Source of the DNA: Histomonas meleagridis 2922-C6/04-290x
Taxonomy: Eukaryota > Protista > Parabasalia
Assembly: GCA_020184695.1 (NCBI GenBank)
Contig: JAANOX010000269.1
Span: 248,001-312,000 of the forward strand
Direction of reading: 5' to 3'
DNA length: 64,000 bases
The notes below the pieces were generated by a model. It did not search any database. It was given only the letters and a program-made list of their open reading frames with translations, and was not told the origin of the DNA. The translations under genes and the position numbers were made by a program. Of this stretch, positions 1-12,262 are shown one piece after another (position 1 is the stretch's first letter; each line of letters opens with the position of its first letter).

Positions 1-249
1 ATAATAATTACATTATTAATACATTGCATTATATCAATTTACACCTCTGTTTTACGACAAATATATTTTCATGTTTTTATTATTTGTTAAAAGATTTTTT
101 GGTTAATTTAAATTTACTAAAGCGAAAGACTTACAAAATTTTCTTTTATTTATTCTCTTTTTTTATGAAATCTTTTGAATCATTTGATTCATCAACTAAA
201 CGCTCACTATTTCATCTTTAAGTGAATATTCTGAAAGAAATACATATAG

Positions 250-1664
250 AACTCAAGCACAAGATCTTATTATTGAAAGGGTGTTGAAGAAATCAATGCT
301 TATGCTTTTGAGGAATGGATTTATCTTAAATCAGTTACATCAATTAGAAGTGCTGCATTTTATCGATGTGCATCATTAATTAATATTACAATACCAAATT
401 CGATTCCTTCATTTGCAAGTTTTCTATTTTATCAGTGTGAATCATTGGTAAGCATTCCAATACCAAATACAGTTACATCAATTGGAAGTTCTGCGTTTCG
501 TGATTGTATGGCGTTAATTGATATTACAATTCCGAATTTAATTACAATAATTAAAAGTTATGTAATTTATGGATGAGAATCATTTGTATATTTCATAATA
601 CCAAATTCAATTACTTCAATTGGAAGTAATGCATTTGCATATTGTAGAAAATTGGAAATAATTAAAATTAGCGAAAATGTTGCAACAATTGGAAGTTCTT
701 CATTTGAGTGATGTCTTAATTTAGTAACGATTAAAATTGGCGAAAATGTCACAACAATTGGAGATTATGCATTTCAATATTGTAACAATTTAATTTGTAT
801 TTATTTCACAGGCAATAAATCGCCATCAGATATAAGTTCAAATGCATTTTCACTTGTGCCAGCACAATATGTTATTACATCAGATTTGTATGAAGATGAA
901 ACATTTCCGTATCGAAAGGTTCATCTATTGAAGGATGCGATCAATATCCCTGGCCTACGCAAAAATTCACACAGTCAAATACATTAACAAAGTCAAATAC
1001 ATATTTTCCAAGTAATATATTTACTGAATCAAATACATATTCTCAGAGTAATACATTTTCTAATTCATTTTTAGAATCAAACACATTTACTGAGACAAAT
1101 ACTTTTACTAACACGAGCGTATACGCAATCATTAACATTTTCTAATTCGAATGCTTTCACTAATTTAAATACATTTACACAGTTACTGCAATATAATACA
1201 TCTTTTGTTCACACATTATTCATTACGTAATCGATTACGCAAACAATTATATCCAAAACTGTGATTACAAATACTATTTCTCTTACGTTCATTAATTCTT
1301 CATATTGTGTTAAAACATTTTTATCTATTATTAATATATAATTCTTGAATATTTTTCATACATTTCATATTATACTGGTTTATATACTATTATAAAACAA
1401 AATGAAATGAATAACAATATGAATAACAAACAAATTATTTTAATTATTACTTGTGTTTATGTTATAGTAATTATCATTGTTATATTCTCTATAATATTAA
1501 TTATTCATAAAAAACGAAGTAATGAAGCAGAAAACATGAAAGAAGGAAATGTTGATAAAGATAACTTTGACATTTCAATGAATAACTTATCAATAGATAT
1601 CTCGAATATTGAAGAAGATACATTCGCAGTTGATTTCAAAGAAAAGAAATTTAAACATATTTAA
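250..1664 (+). pseudogene. BspA-like (TpLRR) surface protein pseudogene: LRRs, SNTFT-type repeats, TM segment and cytoplasmic tail
   Basis: Frame from 280 gives TpLRR units (IPNSITSIGSNAFAYCRKLE, IGENVTTIGDYAFQYCNNL) broken by TGA at 574-576 and 709-711, frameshifts near 905 and 1120, and further stops. ORF 1407-1664 supplies the TM and tail. Confidence 0.85.
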
Positions 1665-1875
1665 ATCAAGTTAATGGAAATTTACTGTTTTTCATTGACT
1701 TAGCTTTATATCGTTGTGTTAAAGCTTCAATGATGTTGAAAATTTATAAAAGATATCGCATAATGAAATAAAATGTTTTTAATATAAATCGTTATGCGTT
1801 TTAAGAACAAAATTTGTTAATAAACATAAAAAATTAAAATTTTTAAATATGTTAAAAAGAAAAATAATACAATTT

Positions 1876-2544
1876 TTAATCAATGTTTCGTTTGGTTTTG
1901 TTGAACAAATTCGTTTTGGAGAGTTCCCACCCAAAAATTGGAAACTTGAAGAAGATTAAGAAATATGAAACAAACTCAAAGAAAGAGCTGATTGATATGA
2001 TCTCTTCTACGCTTAGAACTGTTGACAATATTCGTGTTATGTGGAAGGAAACAATGAAAAATGATGAAAATGCATTGTAAAAAATTATTGGAAGATTGAT
2101 TGTATAACCGATTCTTTTCAGAAGATAATCACAAAGAATGAAGTTAACTTGAGCAGAGAAAAAGAACAAGAATTCCATAACAGTCTGATAATTTATCAGA
2201 TCAAATTCAGAAAGTGATGAAAACCCAATTAACCCAGCAATGGTCCCAAACGAGTTCAAAAATATAATGTATCTGATAGTGGTATCAATTTTTGAATGAG
2301 TTTTGCTTGCAACATTTTTAAAGAATTCATAAAAAAGATAGCAAATCAAAACGCATGTTATATGTGTTGAAATATGAAACAGTTTTGATATTGGAGAACG
2401 ACTTAACATTAATGAAATTGGTATAAAAGAAAAAAAACTATCAAATTCATGACTTGAAAAAAGCAAAGAAATTAAAATTACAGCTCCTTGGAGAATAAAA
2501 ATACTTGTGTACAATACGTAAGGAAACTGAAAAGCAAAATACAT
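1876..2544 (-). CDS. Multi-pass membrane protein, Frag1/DRAM/Sfk1-like
   Basis: About 6 hydrophobic helices. The ORF track starts at GTG 2583; first ATG is 2544. Family call is from topology resemblance only. Confidence 0.5.
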   Translation of the reverse strand: MYFAFQFPYVLYTSIFILQGAVILISLLFSSHEFDSFFSFIPISLMLSRSPISKLFHISTHITCVLICYLFYEFFKNVASKTHSKIDTTIRYIIFLNSFGTIAGLIGFSSLSEFDLINYQTVMEFLFFFSAQVNFILCDYLLKRIGYTINLPIIFYNAFSSFFIVSFHITRILSTVLSVEEIISISSFFEFVSYFLIFFKFPIFGWELSKTNLFNKTKRNID

Positions 2545-2996
2545 GATGTTTAATTTGGTCGAATGTTGAGATTTTGTTTCCACTTTTTAAGTTGTTATTT
2601 GGTCTGATATATCAAGTCCGAATTCGGATATTTGCTGTTTTGGTCTGTATTTTATAATTTTTAACTCCTTAATTATTTTTTATCAAAAAATAATTACTCC
2701 ATCACTTTCTAAAAGGTATTTATTTATTAACAAAGAAAATGATAAATTATTTGTTTATGAAGAATTTTGTAAATTCATAAACATCAGCTGAATGGATGAC
2801 TCTCTATTCTTCACCGACATTTATAAAATTATTTAAATCATAAAATATAATAAAAACATATATATTCATGATTCGTTTTCATGTTTGTTTCTTAAGAATG
2901 AGATATTATTATTTCCTTTTTCAATTTATTAGAAAAAAAATAAGCGTAAAAAATGAATTCATAAAAAAACCTAATCATACTTTTATTTTTTTTTTA

Positions 2997-4118
2997 ATGT
3001 TTCTTTTTTTCATCTCCACAATCTATTGTCATAATCCTAAGCACAAGATTATTTATTATGGAAATAAGGATTCAACTCTTGTACCTGATATTAAAAATTA
3101 TGATCAAAAATATTGCAATGAAAAAAAAAATTTGCACAAATGTGAAAAAATTAAAGAGATATTTAAAACATTTTCAGAAATTTTAATTTTCAAGGATTTA
3201 AGCGAACTTGTAAACTTGAAAAAAGATCTTTTAGGACTTAATTCAGCAGTTATATTCATTGGTGAAAACCAATCTAATCCATTAGATCTTTCTGGTGTTA
3301 CAATTCCAAAACTAGGCATTAAATCATATGGTTTAAACAAAAGTTTATATATTAAAGGAATTAATGTATCAAATACAATTCCTGTTATTGTTTTAGATGA
3401 TAATATTCAATTCGATGGTAATTTTATAGCAGATACTATTTATATCAATCAGTTAAAAGATGGAAAGTTAAATGCCAATCGTGTTATTATCCCATCATTT
3501 CGAGAAACAAAAAATATCCAAGCAAATAAAATCGAATATTTTTATTTCTCTCCTTTTGATATTAATATTGATGGTGATAGATATATAGTAAGTTCTAAAC
3601 CAATTAATTTTAAAGATAAGATTAGCATTGTTGCTGATCCTTATACTGGAAAAGATTTTGAAATAAATATGACTTTAAAAAAGAGTTGTAATGAATTTTC
3701 ATACATAGAAATATACCTTGAAAAACCTTTCGAAAGTTTGACATATAGTTTCATGGATCCTGATGATATGGATATTGTGATGTTGGGAGAAAAAATATTT
3801 ACGTCTTCAGATGTTCCTAAAATTAAATTTTCATTTGACAAAAATGATTGGGATAAGTCAAATGTAAAACTAAATATTATTACTTCTCCGAGTTCTAAAA
3901 AATTTATAGATATTAGTGGTATACCTGCACGTGTTTTGGCAACAGTGAAAGAAGATACAACATTTGTAGGAAAAAGTATATCAAAATATAATTATGGGAA
4001 TAAGACGTTTGTATTAGTCATTGCTATAGTTTTTTTGTTGGTTGTTTCCGTTATTATTGCTTTCATTTATTTGAAGTGCCACTCAAAAAATTCCTCAGAT
4101 TTAAATTTTAATTATTAA
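2997..4118 (+). CDS. Type I membrane protein of unknown function
   Basis: ATG 2997 (MFLFFISTIYC, signal-like); C-terminal TM (FVLVIAIVFLLVVSVIIAFIYL) and short tail. Confidence 0.7.
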   Translation: MFLFFISTIYCHNPKHKIIYYGNKDSTLVPDIKNYDQKYCNEKKNLHKCEKIKEIFKTFSEILIFKDLSELVNLKKDLLGLNSAVIFIGENQSNPLDLSGVTIPKLGIKSYGLNKSLYIKGINVSNTIPVIVLDDNIQFDGNFIADTIYINQLKDGKLNANRVIIPSFRETKNIQANKIEYFYFSPFDINIDGDRYIVSSKPINFKDKISIVADPYTGKDFEINMTLKKSCNEFSYIEIYLEKPFESLTYSFMDPDDMDIVMLGEKIFTSSDVPKIKFSFDKNDWDKSNVKLNIITSPSSKKFIDISGIPARVLATVKEDTTFVGKSISKYNYGNKTFVLVIAIVFLLVVSVIIAFIYLKCHSKNSSDLNFNY

Positions 4119-4668
4119 AAAAATTATTATAAAAATTGATTTTTTCTTAGAATTATTGTAAAAAGCCGATTTTTTCACATGAATAATTTAATGCCTCTAA
4201 TGCATTATTAAAGTTCTTAAAAATATTAAAGAATTGTATTAATTAGAAAGGACATTTCACAAATTTTATTTTTTTTGAAATGCACCAAAATATTTTGAAA
4301 GCAAAAATTGGTAACAGGATTCTGATTCTAATTAGTTTTTGGTTGCTAATATACTATGATAGCAATTCTTAGATATTGAAGAGTGTTATTAAAATTGATC
4401 CTAACAATTTCCAAAAATTTTTTGTTTTTTATTTCATGACAATATGAGTGTTTTTCATTAGATAGCTCTTGCCTGAAAATTATATATATGACTCAAAAAT
4501 ATCTCGTTCTGATAAATCATAACTACCCGTTGTACAAAATTAAACAAGTTATAATCCTCGAGGATGAGATTAACGTTATCCATTCAATATTGAATTTGCC
4601 GATCTAATGATATGCCGAACAAATTTCTTTGAATTTTGTCACTTTTCAGGTGCACTTTTTAGAGGCAA

Positions 4669-4676
4669 AACGGTTT
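4669..4676 (+). promoter_or_regulatory. M3-like trichomonad core-promoter motif AACGGTTT
   Basis: Matches the T. vaginalis M3 consensus RRCGGTT[T/G] just upstream of ATG 4684. Related AACGGT/ACCGTT words occur near other starts (about 19177, 20357, 32408, 35867, 36674). Confidence 0.45.
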
Positions 4677-4683
4677 ATGAAAA

Positions 4684-5469
4684 ATGACAAACAATATTTT
4701 AAATCAATCAGAAACACTCAGTGAGCTCTATCAATTCTTGGATTCAGCAAAATCAAAAGATGTATCTGATTTGGTTTTACCAGATTTGAGTCAAGTAGAA
4801 GAGATTCATTCTGAATTAAATATGAAGATTGAAGAACTTGAAAAAGAAATCAATCAATCCAAAGAAAACGAAAGGAAAACAAAAGCCATTATGGCAAAAA
4901 ACATTGAAGATTTCAACAAAGAAAAAGAAAAGCTTATTTCAAAATATGAAAAAAAATTAGCATTACAAAAGAATAATTACGAAAAAGCGCTTAAGCATTA
5001 TCAAGCCCTTCTTCAAGATTCTATCCGTGAGAAGGAAGAACTAGTTGATCAAATTGAACTTTTGTCAAAAAAAATCATTGTTACCCGAGAAGAATCATCC
5101 AAACGTGAAAAAGAGATTCAACGTCAAGCGTCCATACAGATAACACAACAGCGGGAACTTGCAATTTCACAGAACAAAGCGCAACAAAAGAAAATATATT
5201 CAAAAAAGCTCAAAACCGCCAAAGAAACCGCTTTGAAATCCTTTGAACCCGAATTGAATAGTTTACTCGAAAAGCATCAAAACGAAATAAATGAAATCAA
5301 TCAGAACCATAAAAAAGAACTAAACGAATTACGAGAAATGATAACAAAGCAAATGAATGAAGAAAGAGAACGAATTGTTGAAAACTTAAAAAAACAACAT
5401 GAAATTGAATTAAAAGAAGTCGAAGAAAGATATAAAGCGCAAATATTAAAACTAAAAGAACTGAACTAA
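4684..5469 (+). CDS. Coiled-coil protein resembling the CEP131/AZI1 C-terminal region
   Basis: Continuous heptads. KTAKETALKSFEPELNSLLEKHQNEI resembles the CEP131 ...GLEPEIQ.LI.KH motif. Confidence 0.5.
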   Translation: MTNNILNQSETLSELYQFLDSAKSKDVSDLVLPDLSQVEEIHSELNMKIEELEKEINQSKENERKTKAIMAKNIEDFNKEKEKLISKYEKKLALQKNNYEKALKHYQALLQDSIREKEELVDQIELLSKKIIVTREESSKREKEIQRQASIQITQQRELAISQNKAQQKKIYSKKLKTAKETALKSFEPELNSLLEKHQNEINEINQNHKKELNELREMITKQMNEERERIVENLKKQHEIELKEVEERYKAQILKLKELN

Positions 5470-5910
5470 GGTAACGTGAGAAATGTTTATGTTGTAAGTA
5501 AATATAACTTTTATTATTTTAAATAAATTTTTTTTTAAACATCAAATTATATTGTTAACTAAGAAAAATAAAACCTTTTATCATGTTTGATGAACAGTAA
5601 TCATTTATTCAACTGCATTAGTCCTAATGCTTTTGTAATTACATGTGTGGGTAAAATCATGATGCGATATGTTGTTGTCTCTTATATAAAATATTTTGTT
5701 AATGTAATTATGTTAGGGTAATGTATAAAAATAACATCTGCAAAAAAATAAATGGTCACGATTTTTAAAAAACAAAATTCGAAGGTTATTATACATTATA
5801 TAATATGTTTTTTAATGAGCATAATTTTCTTCCTTTTTATTTCGAAATAAAGAAATATCAGATTGGAGCACCCCAATATCCGAGCAAACTCTTTCAAATG
5901 CTAACAAAAG

Positions 5911-7230
5911 ATGCTGGCCCAATTTCTTCTTTTTACATTTGCTCTTTCGGAAACAAATATAATAAATACAGAAGTTAACAGAAAATACAGTATAAAAGAT
6001 GATCTAATAGTAGTTAATGTTTTAGTTAAAGTTTTAAACCAAGGTGAACCATTTTCAAAATACACTTTCACAATTCCGGATCGCGAAAATCAGCATATTG
6101 GACATACAACAGCTTCTTTTTCAACAAATAACATACGTTCATTCGACAAATCACTTCCAATTTCTGTAAATGGTAATGAGTACACTGTTGATCTTCAGAA
6201 AGAAATACCAAATGGAGAAGAATTCACGTTATACTTTTCTTATACATTAGGTGATTACTTGTTGTTCATAAAGCAAAAAGTTTCATTAAATCAACGAATC
6301 CAACTTTATTTCAATACAACAAAATTCTTTAAATCAAAGTACGAGACAAGGAAATCTTCTCTTTCGATCTCAGGCATTCCAAAGGCATCCATTACTACTC
6401 CGAAGCACATTCTTGAAGATTCAGGAATTCGAATACAATCGTCAATGATTATCCTGAAAGATTTGACGAACGATGATGGATCTGACTTCGAAATCGAGTT
6501 CACGACGTCCCGACCGATGATTCGTATTGATCAAATAATATCACAAACTACAGTCTCTCACTGGGGAAAGACCAAACAAAAGGCGTTCTACTCAGTGACA
6601 AACGCAGGGCCGAAGTTCACTGGTGAATTTAACAGAATTGATTTCAATCCTCGAACAACTCCATGCTTCACTCAGTCCATAGAAATGAGACCTCCGAAGG
6701 GTGCCCGTAACTTTTGGGCCTCTGATGAATCAGGGCTTCTCCAGAAAGAGCTTTCTTTGACTGGAGATAATTTATTGATTCCTCTTCGTGGTCCAATGCT
6801 TAGCAGTTGGAAGGCAACGTTTACTGCTGGCTGGACCATAGATACTTCTGTGTTTGTTTCTGGGGGATATCGCTTCGAATCTCCACTTATTACAAAATGC
6901 GTATCAGCTCCTGTAACAGAGGTTGTTGCAGAGTTTGTTCTCCCAGAAGGAGCCGTCGTCGTGGATGTACAGGTTCCAATTGATGCAAATGTCACCAAAT
7001 TCATCCAGCCACATAACCTCGATTTGAACGGCCGAACCGTCGTAAGGATTGAGGCCGACCATCTCTCGACTGAGGACGACGTGCCTGTTGTGATTTCTTA
7101 TCATTTGAGCGCACATTATCACTTCTTGAAGATATTAACATTAAGCGTCGCATTTGTCATTGTGTTTGTAGCAATAATCGTTGCAAGGCGTTTCGATTGC
7201 GGAATAGCAAATAAGCAAAAAACTCAATAA
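5911..7230 (+). CDS. RPN1: Ribophorin I (oligosaccharyltransferase subunit OST1/RPN1)
   Basis: Signal peptide; VSHWG, GPKFTGEFNRIDF, DESG and PLRGPMLSSWKATF motifs; C-terminal TM. Confidence 0.85.
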   Translation: MLAQFLLFTFALSETNIINTEVNRKYSIKDDLIVVNVLVKVLNQGEPFSKYTFTIPDRENQHIGHTTASFSTNNIRSFDKSLPISVNGNEYTVDLQKEIPNGEEFTLYFSYTLGDYLLFIKQKVSLNQRIQLYFNTTKFFKSKYETRKSSLSISGIPKASITTPKHILEDSGIRIQSSMIILKDLTNDDGSDFEIEFTTSRPMIRIDQIISQTTVSHWGKTKQKAFYSVTNAGPKFTGEFNRIDFNPRTTPCFTQSIEMRPPKGARNFWASDESGLLQKELSLTGDNLLIPLRGPMLSSWKATFTAGWTIDTSVFVSGGYRFESPLITKCVSAPVTEVVAEFVLPEGAVVVDVQVPIDANVTKFIQPHNLDLNGRTVVRIEADHLSTEDDVPVVISYHLSAHYHFLKILTLSVAFVIVFVAIIVARRFDCGIANKQKTQ

Positions 7231-7724
7231 ATCTTATCAAATGTAATTATCAATCTAATTATAAGAAAAGAAAAATTTGCAGTAACGTTAAGCCATAATA
7301 CAATATAAGCAATTTCATGTGAGATTTACAATTTTAATATGAATTATTGCATATTGAGCTATAAAGTTATAAACTTATGAAAACTTTAAATTTTCTTCAA
7401 AATCTCCAATTGTTGTTACATTTTCTCCAATGATAACTGTTTATAATTGGATGAATTTTGTTGTTTTCTTAAATTAAGTTTGTTTGCATATCTTAATCCA
7501 AAATTAATTTTTTATCATGTTTTAATTCTACCTAAATCGTTGTATATCACATTTCTGATGAATACTTTCCGCCTGGTTAAGGTTTATGACCCCCTTATGT
7601 CAAACTAGTTTCAACTTTACGAAATTATAAGATATTAATATAATCAATATAGTTAAGTTATTATTAAAACAAATGAAAAAATGCGCCGCTTGAATTCAAT
7701 AAAATTTATATAAACCCATAAATC

Positions 7725-9047
7725 AGGTTGCAGTTCTATTATTGGCATAACGGATTTCGATATAGTGTTTTTTGGAAATCTATTTAATCGCATTTTGGGA
7801 TTGTACATCATTAACAAATATTAAAATTCCTAATTCAGTTACATCAATTGAAACTTATACATTTGGCAATTGCTATAAATTAGAAAAAATAAAAATCGGT
7901 GAAAATGTTGAATCAATTGGAGATTATGTATTCTTTATGTGTTCATCTTTAAGTAATATAGAAATTCCATATGCAGTTACATCGATTGGAAGGCATGTAT
8001 TTGAACGTTGTAAGTCATTAATTAATATCGATATTCCAAATGCAGTTACATTAATTAGTAATGCTGAATTTTTTATTGCGAATCATTAATTAAGATCACA
8101 ATTCCAAATTTAGTTAAAACAATTGAAACTGAAACATTTTCAAATTGCTATAAATTAGAAACGATTAAAATTGGTGAAAATGTTGCAACAATTGAATATA
8201 AAGCATTTTATTATTGTCAAGATTTAAAATGTATTTATTTTACAGGCCACAAATCACCAAATATAGATTCAAATGCATTTTTAAATGTGTCAGCGCAATG
8301 TGTTATGACGTCATATTTTTATGAGGCTGAATCATTTGGAGCGCTTTCAGTATCGAAAGGTTCTTCCATTGATCAATGCGATCAATATATTTGGCCAACG
8401 CATACATTCACTAAATCAAATGCGTTTATACAATCAAATACATTTACTAAGTCAAATTCATTTTCTCCAAGTAATACATTCACTAACTCAAATTCATTTA
8501 CTAAATCAAATGCTTTTACACAATCGAATACATTCACTAACTCAAATTCATTTACTAATTCAAATAAATTTACATCTTCATTTCGATTTGATGTAACATT
8601 CGTTCAAACATTATTTTCGAAACATTCCATTACATAAACAATTATTTCCAAAACGATATTACCGAAAACGATTTTTATTACTTTATTTAAATCAACATAT
8701 TTTTATTATTATTCAAATTTGATATCATATGAATATATCATTCAACAATATTCGACATATTATATTATATATTTTATACATATTATAGTTATATCTTTAG
8801 TACATTTGAAAATAGATCAGGTAAAAATAAAATGTCGAATAATCTTTTGATTGGTATTATCTGTGGTTCAATCTTTATCATTCTTCTTATTGTTGGTATT
8901 ATTTTGTTCTTAATTAGAAGAAATAGAAATAAAAATTCGTATGTTAAAACTGAAACAACACCTTCGAGTTCAGTCACGAAACAACAAAACATTGAAAATG
9001 TCGATGAAGAATTCAAAAATTTTATACTAAAAGAGAATGATCAATAG
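7725..9047 (+). pseudogene. Second BspA-like surface protein pseudogene, paralog of 250-1664
   Basis: TpLRRs (7772-8280), the same CIYFTG.KSP and VSKGSSI..CDQY.WPT linker, SNTFTNSNSF repeats, TM and tail at 8832-9047. Frameshift near 8065, TAA at 8635-8637, frameshift before 8832. Confidence 0.85.
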
Positions 9048-9491
9048 ATATAATTTCTAATCATGTTTAAAATGGTAAATTTTACTGGGAATTTTTGTTG
9101 CATGCCCACTCTGGTAGGTAAAATTGTAAAAAGTCAAATTAGTATAAATTTAAATTTCATTTATTTATTCATATGTAAACTATACACTATTTGCATTGTA
9201 AAGCATTTAAAAAATGTATGGAACGATCAAAATGTCTTTCATTACGTTAACTTCAGTGAATTATCTTTATTTTGTTTTTAATATATTTTTTTTAAATATA
9301 TTATTATTCATCTGATTGGGATCTAATAGGCGGATAGATCAATGTATTCAAAATTCATATTATTTTGATGCTGTACAACTTTATACCTCAAATATTGTAA
9401 TATTTTTCCTAAATTACAGACTTTCAACAAGTATATATACAGATATTTTTTATTGCAAATATACAACATAATGTTTTTATTTCGTGAAAAA

Positions 9492-11296
9492 CTAAGTGGA
9501 AACTTTAGCTAGTTTGGAATTGATTAATATTCGAATTTCTTCATGACATTGTTCTGCTGCCCATATAAGTGCTGTATTAAATAATACAAATAATTTCCAA
9601 ATATTATTTTGAAACAAAAAATTAATATGATAAATATTATATAAAACATATGAATATCTTTAGCATTAATATCAATTCCTTCTTGCTCAAGAAGTAACTT
9701 CGCTATTTCTGTATGTCCTTTTTCGGCAGCGATCATTAACACAGTAAAAAATAATTTAAATAATTTCCGAATATTATTTTCATACAAAAAATTATTAAAA
9801 TAAATATTATCTTTAGTATTAATATCAATTCCTTCTTGTTTGAGAAGTAGTTTAACTATTTCAGTATGACCCTCTTCAGTTGCATTCATAAGTGCTGTAT
9901 CAAATAATTTAATTAATTTCCAAATATTATTTTGAAATAAAAAATAATAAAAATAATTATATTTAGCATTAACATCAATTCCTTTTTGCTCAAGAAGTAA
10001 TTGAACTATTTCTATATACCCTCTTATAGATGCAATAATAAGTGCAGTTATAAATAATTTAAACAATTTCCAAATATTATTTTGAAATATGAAACAATAA
10101 AAATAAATATTATCTTTAGCATTAATATCAATTCCTTCTTTATTAATAACATATTTAATAAGCTCAATGTTTCCTGATTGTGTTGATGAAATAATGATGT
10201 CTTTTGGGATTTCGTTTTCTGCAAGGAAATATTTGACAAGAAATATGTTTCCTGTTCTTGATGCAAAATTTATAACATCTTCGTTAACTTTCATTCCTTC
10301 TTTTTTTAAATATAATAAGATATCATAGTTATGGTATGAAATGCATTTAATACCTAATTCTTCTAAACTGTGGGTTTTTTCGATTTTGTTTTCATAAAGA
10401 TATTTAAAGATATCATTTTGATGAAATTCAATTGCTGCTTCATATGCATTTTGAAAAGATGAATGATTTTGTTCACATAAATGAATTATCTCAAGATTTC
10501 CACCAGCAACTGCATATTTACCTGTATTAATTACATTAGCACCATTCATAAGGAAATATTTAAAACATTTAACTGATGAAAAAAATGCTGCATAATCAAT
10601 TAATGAAACATTTCTTTGATTAATAAATGAACACATTTCATAAAGTGATGGTTCAATAGTTTGGTCAAAATCAAAATTTGTTTGTGATGATATTTCTTGA
10701 AGTTTTTCTATTTCATCATTTCGAATTATTTTTGCAAGTTCATTTGGATTATGCCCTTCTTTGATTAATTTCTTATGAAGTTCGAAATCATTCTGTGTAA
10801 GTTCTTCATAAGGAATTTTTTCTGTGATATTGAACCTCTTTATATGATAAATATTTAATATATCTTGATGATAATGAATAAAAAATGGATCTTTCATATT
10901 TTGAATAATTTTTGCTTCAATCAAATTATGATCTATCATGAAATTTAGATAATAATATGATTCTTTTGTTCTTTTTTTAAGAAGATATCGAGAAAATACA
11001 TCGGATATTTCTGATGTACACTTTTTGTCTTTCTCATGTTTTTCTATTTCTTGTAATAATCTCAAATATATCTCATAATCATTATTCCAAATGGAAAATG
11101 ATTTAAATATCATATGGCTTACAACCATATTAAAAGATATTGGATATTTATCTAAAAATTTATTAATTATGAAATTTACTGATTGATCAAAATTATTTGA
11201 GTTTAAATAAAAAATTATATCTTTGAGTGTTGTTAATATTTTCCATTCATTTTGAGGTTTTTGTTGATTTTCTTCGTTTTCTTTATCATTTAACAT
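9492..11296 (-). CDS. DUF3447-type ankyrin-repeat protein with four intron-like inserts
   Basis: ATG 11296; parabasalid-type N-terminus (SLIDYAAFFSSVKCFKYFLMNGA) followed by GIDINAKD...TALxxA repeats. The last repeat (NTALIWAAEQCHEEIRILINSKLAKVST, TAG 9492-9494) is in a different frame after an 80-nt insert. Confidence 0.8.
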
Positions 11297-11689
11297 TTGT
11301 TGGTGTTGATTAATATATATAAACGGTCGCTTCCGGCCTTGCAGCAAATATTCAAAAATTTAATGCAACATCCATATAATACTTTAGTAATTATTTAATC
11401 TAGTTCGCTATCACTATTTTTTTTTTAAGATTTCAAAAAAATTTCCAAAATGGAAAACAAAATCAAAATGATTCATAATATATATTAAGGATTCCTTTGC
11501 TTTTATCCCTCTTTATCAATGCCACTTTGTTGGGCACTAAATTTTCTATTATTTTATTGGAGAAACATTTTTTGTAGAAACTTGAATAAGGCATTTTTCT
11601 TATTAAATAAACCTCAGAAAATCAAAAACTTGAAATACAAATTTGTTACGATTTTTAAAAATAAAAGTGTGTTACTTGTGAAAATTAAT

Positions 11690-12112
11690 TTACTTACTGC
11701 GTGCTCTGTGAACAACTTCCAAAATAATTAATATGGCTGCAGCGATAATTTCAAGAGAACCTCCTGCAACACCAAGATCTCCAGAAACGCCCAAGCAGCA
11801 AATGCCTTTTACACAATAAATTATACCACGGATATAACCAACTTCGAAGTAAGATGTGTATTTTGTTTGGAAAATAAGACCGAATTCGACAAGTGCGTAG
11901 AAGAAAGATATAAGGCAGAAAGCCAAGCAAGAAGACCAAAAGTAGAAGTTACCATTCCTGTTGTTATTTTCTGAGTTTGATGGGCTATAACCCGAATAAA
12001 TCTTTCCAACTCCTCTACGAGAGCAAGTGTTTGCAAAAGCAGCTCCAGAAATGATTTCAGCTATGATGCAATAAATGGTGATGACGAGGTTTATGTTGAT
12101 AACCACAACCAT
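11690..12112 (-). CDS. Small multi-TM protein, TVP15/COPI-associated-like (paralog A)
   Basis: 140 aa, hydrophobic helices, ending RGIIYCVKGICCLGVSGDLGVAGGSLEII. Confidence 0.6.
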   Translation of the reverse strand: MVVVININLVITIYCIIAEIISGAAFANTCSRRGVGKIYSGYSPSNSENNNRNGNFYFWSSCLAFCLISFFYALVEFGLIFQTKYTSYFEVGYIRGIIYCVKGICCLGVSGDLGVAGGSLEIIAAAILIILEVVHRARSK

Positions 12113-12262
12113 ATCAAAGATTTGGTGGGTGTTTTGAATGCACAGAAAAAGTCAACAGTCAGTTCAACGGGACAAAAGGCCAAGGTCAATTTCACAGAAA
12201 ATTCAAAAAAAAGACTTTTTCAAAGCACACAATTCAATTTAATTCGAGCAGACACTTCAACA

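Noticed and set aside
7586-7595. ATGACCCCCT shared with 61595-61604 as a possible element terminus
   Set aside because: Only 10 bp with no extended similarity, partner terminus or TSD.
9576-10111. Ankyrin inserts as canonical GT-AG or U12 AT-AC introns
   Set aside because: Two inserts have no nearby AG and one has no GT. Using ACAG as acceptor or AT..AC ends did not restore the frame in the cases tested, and there is no branch consensus.
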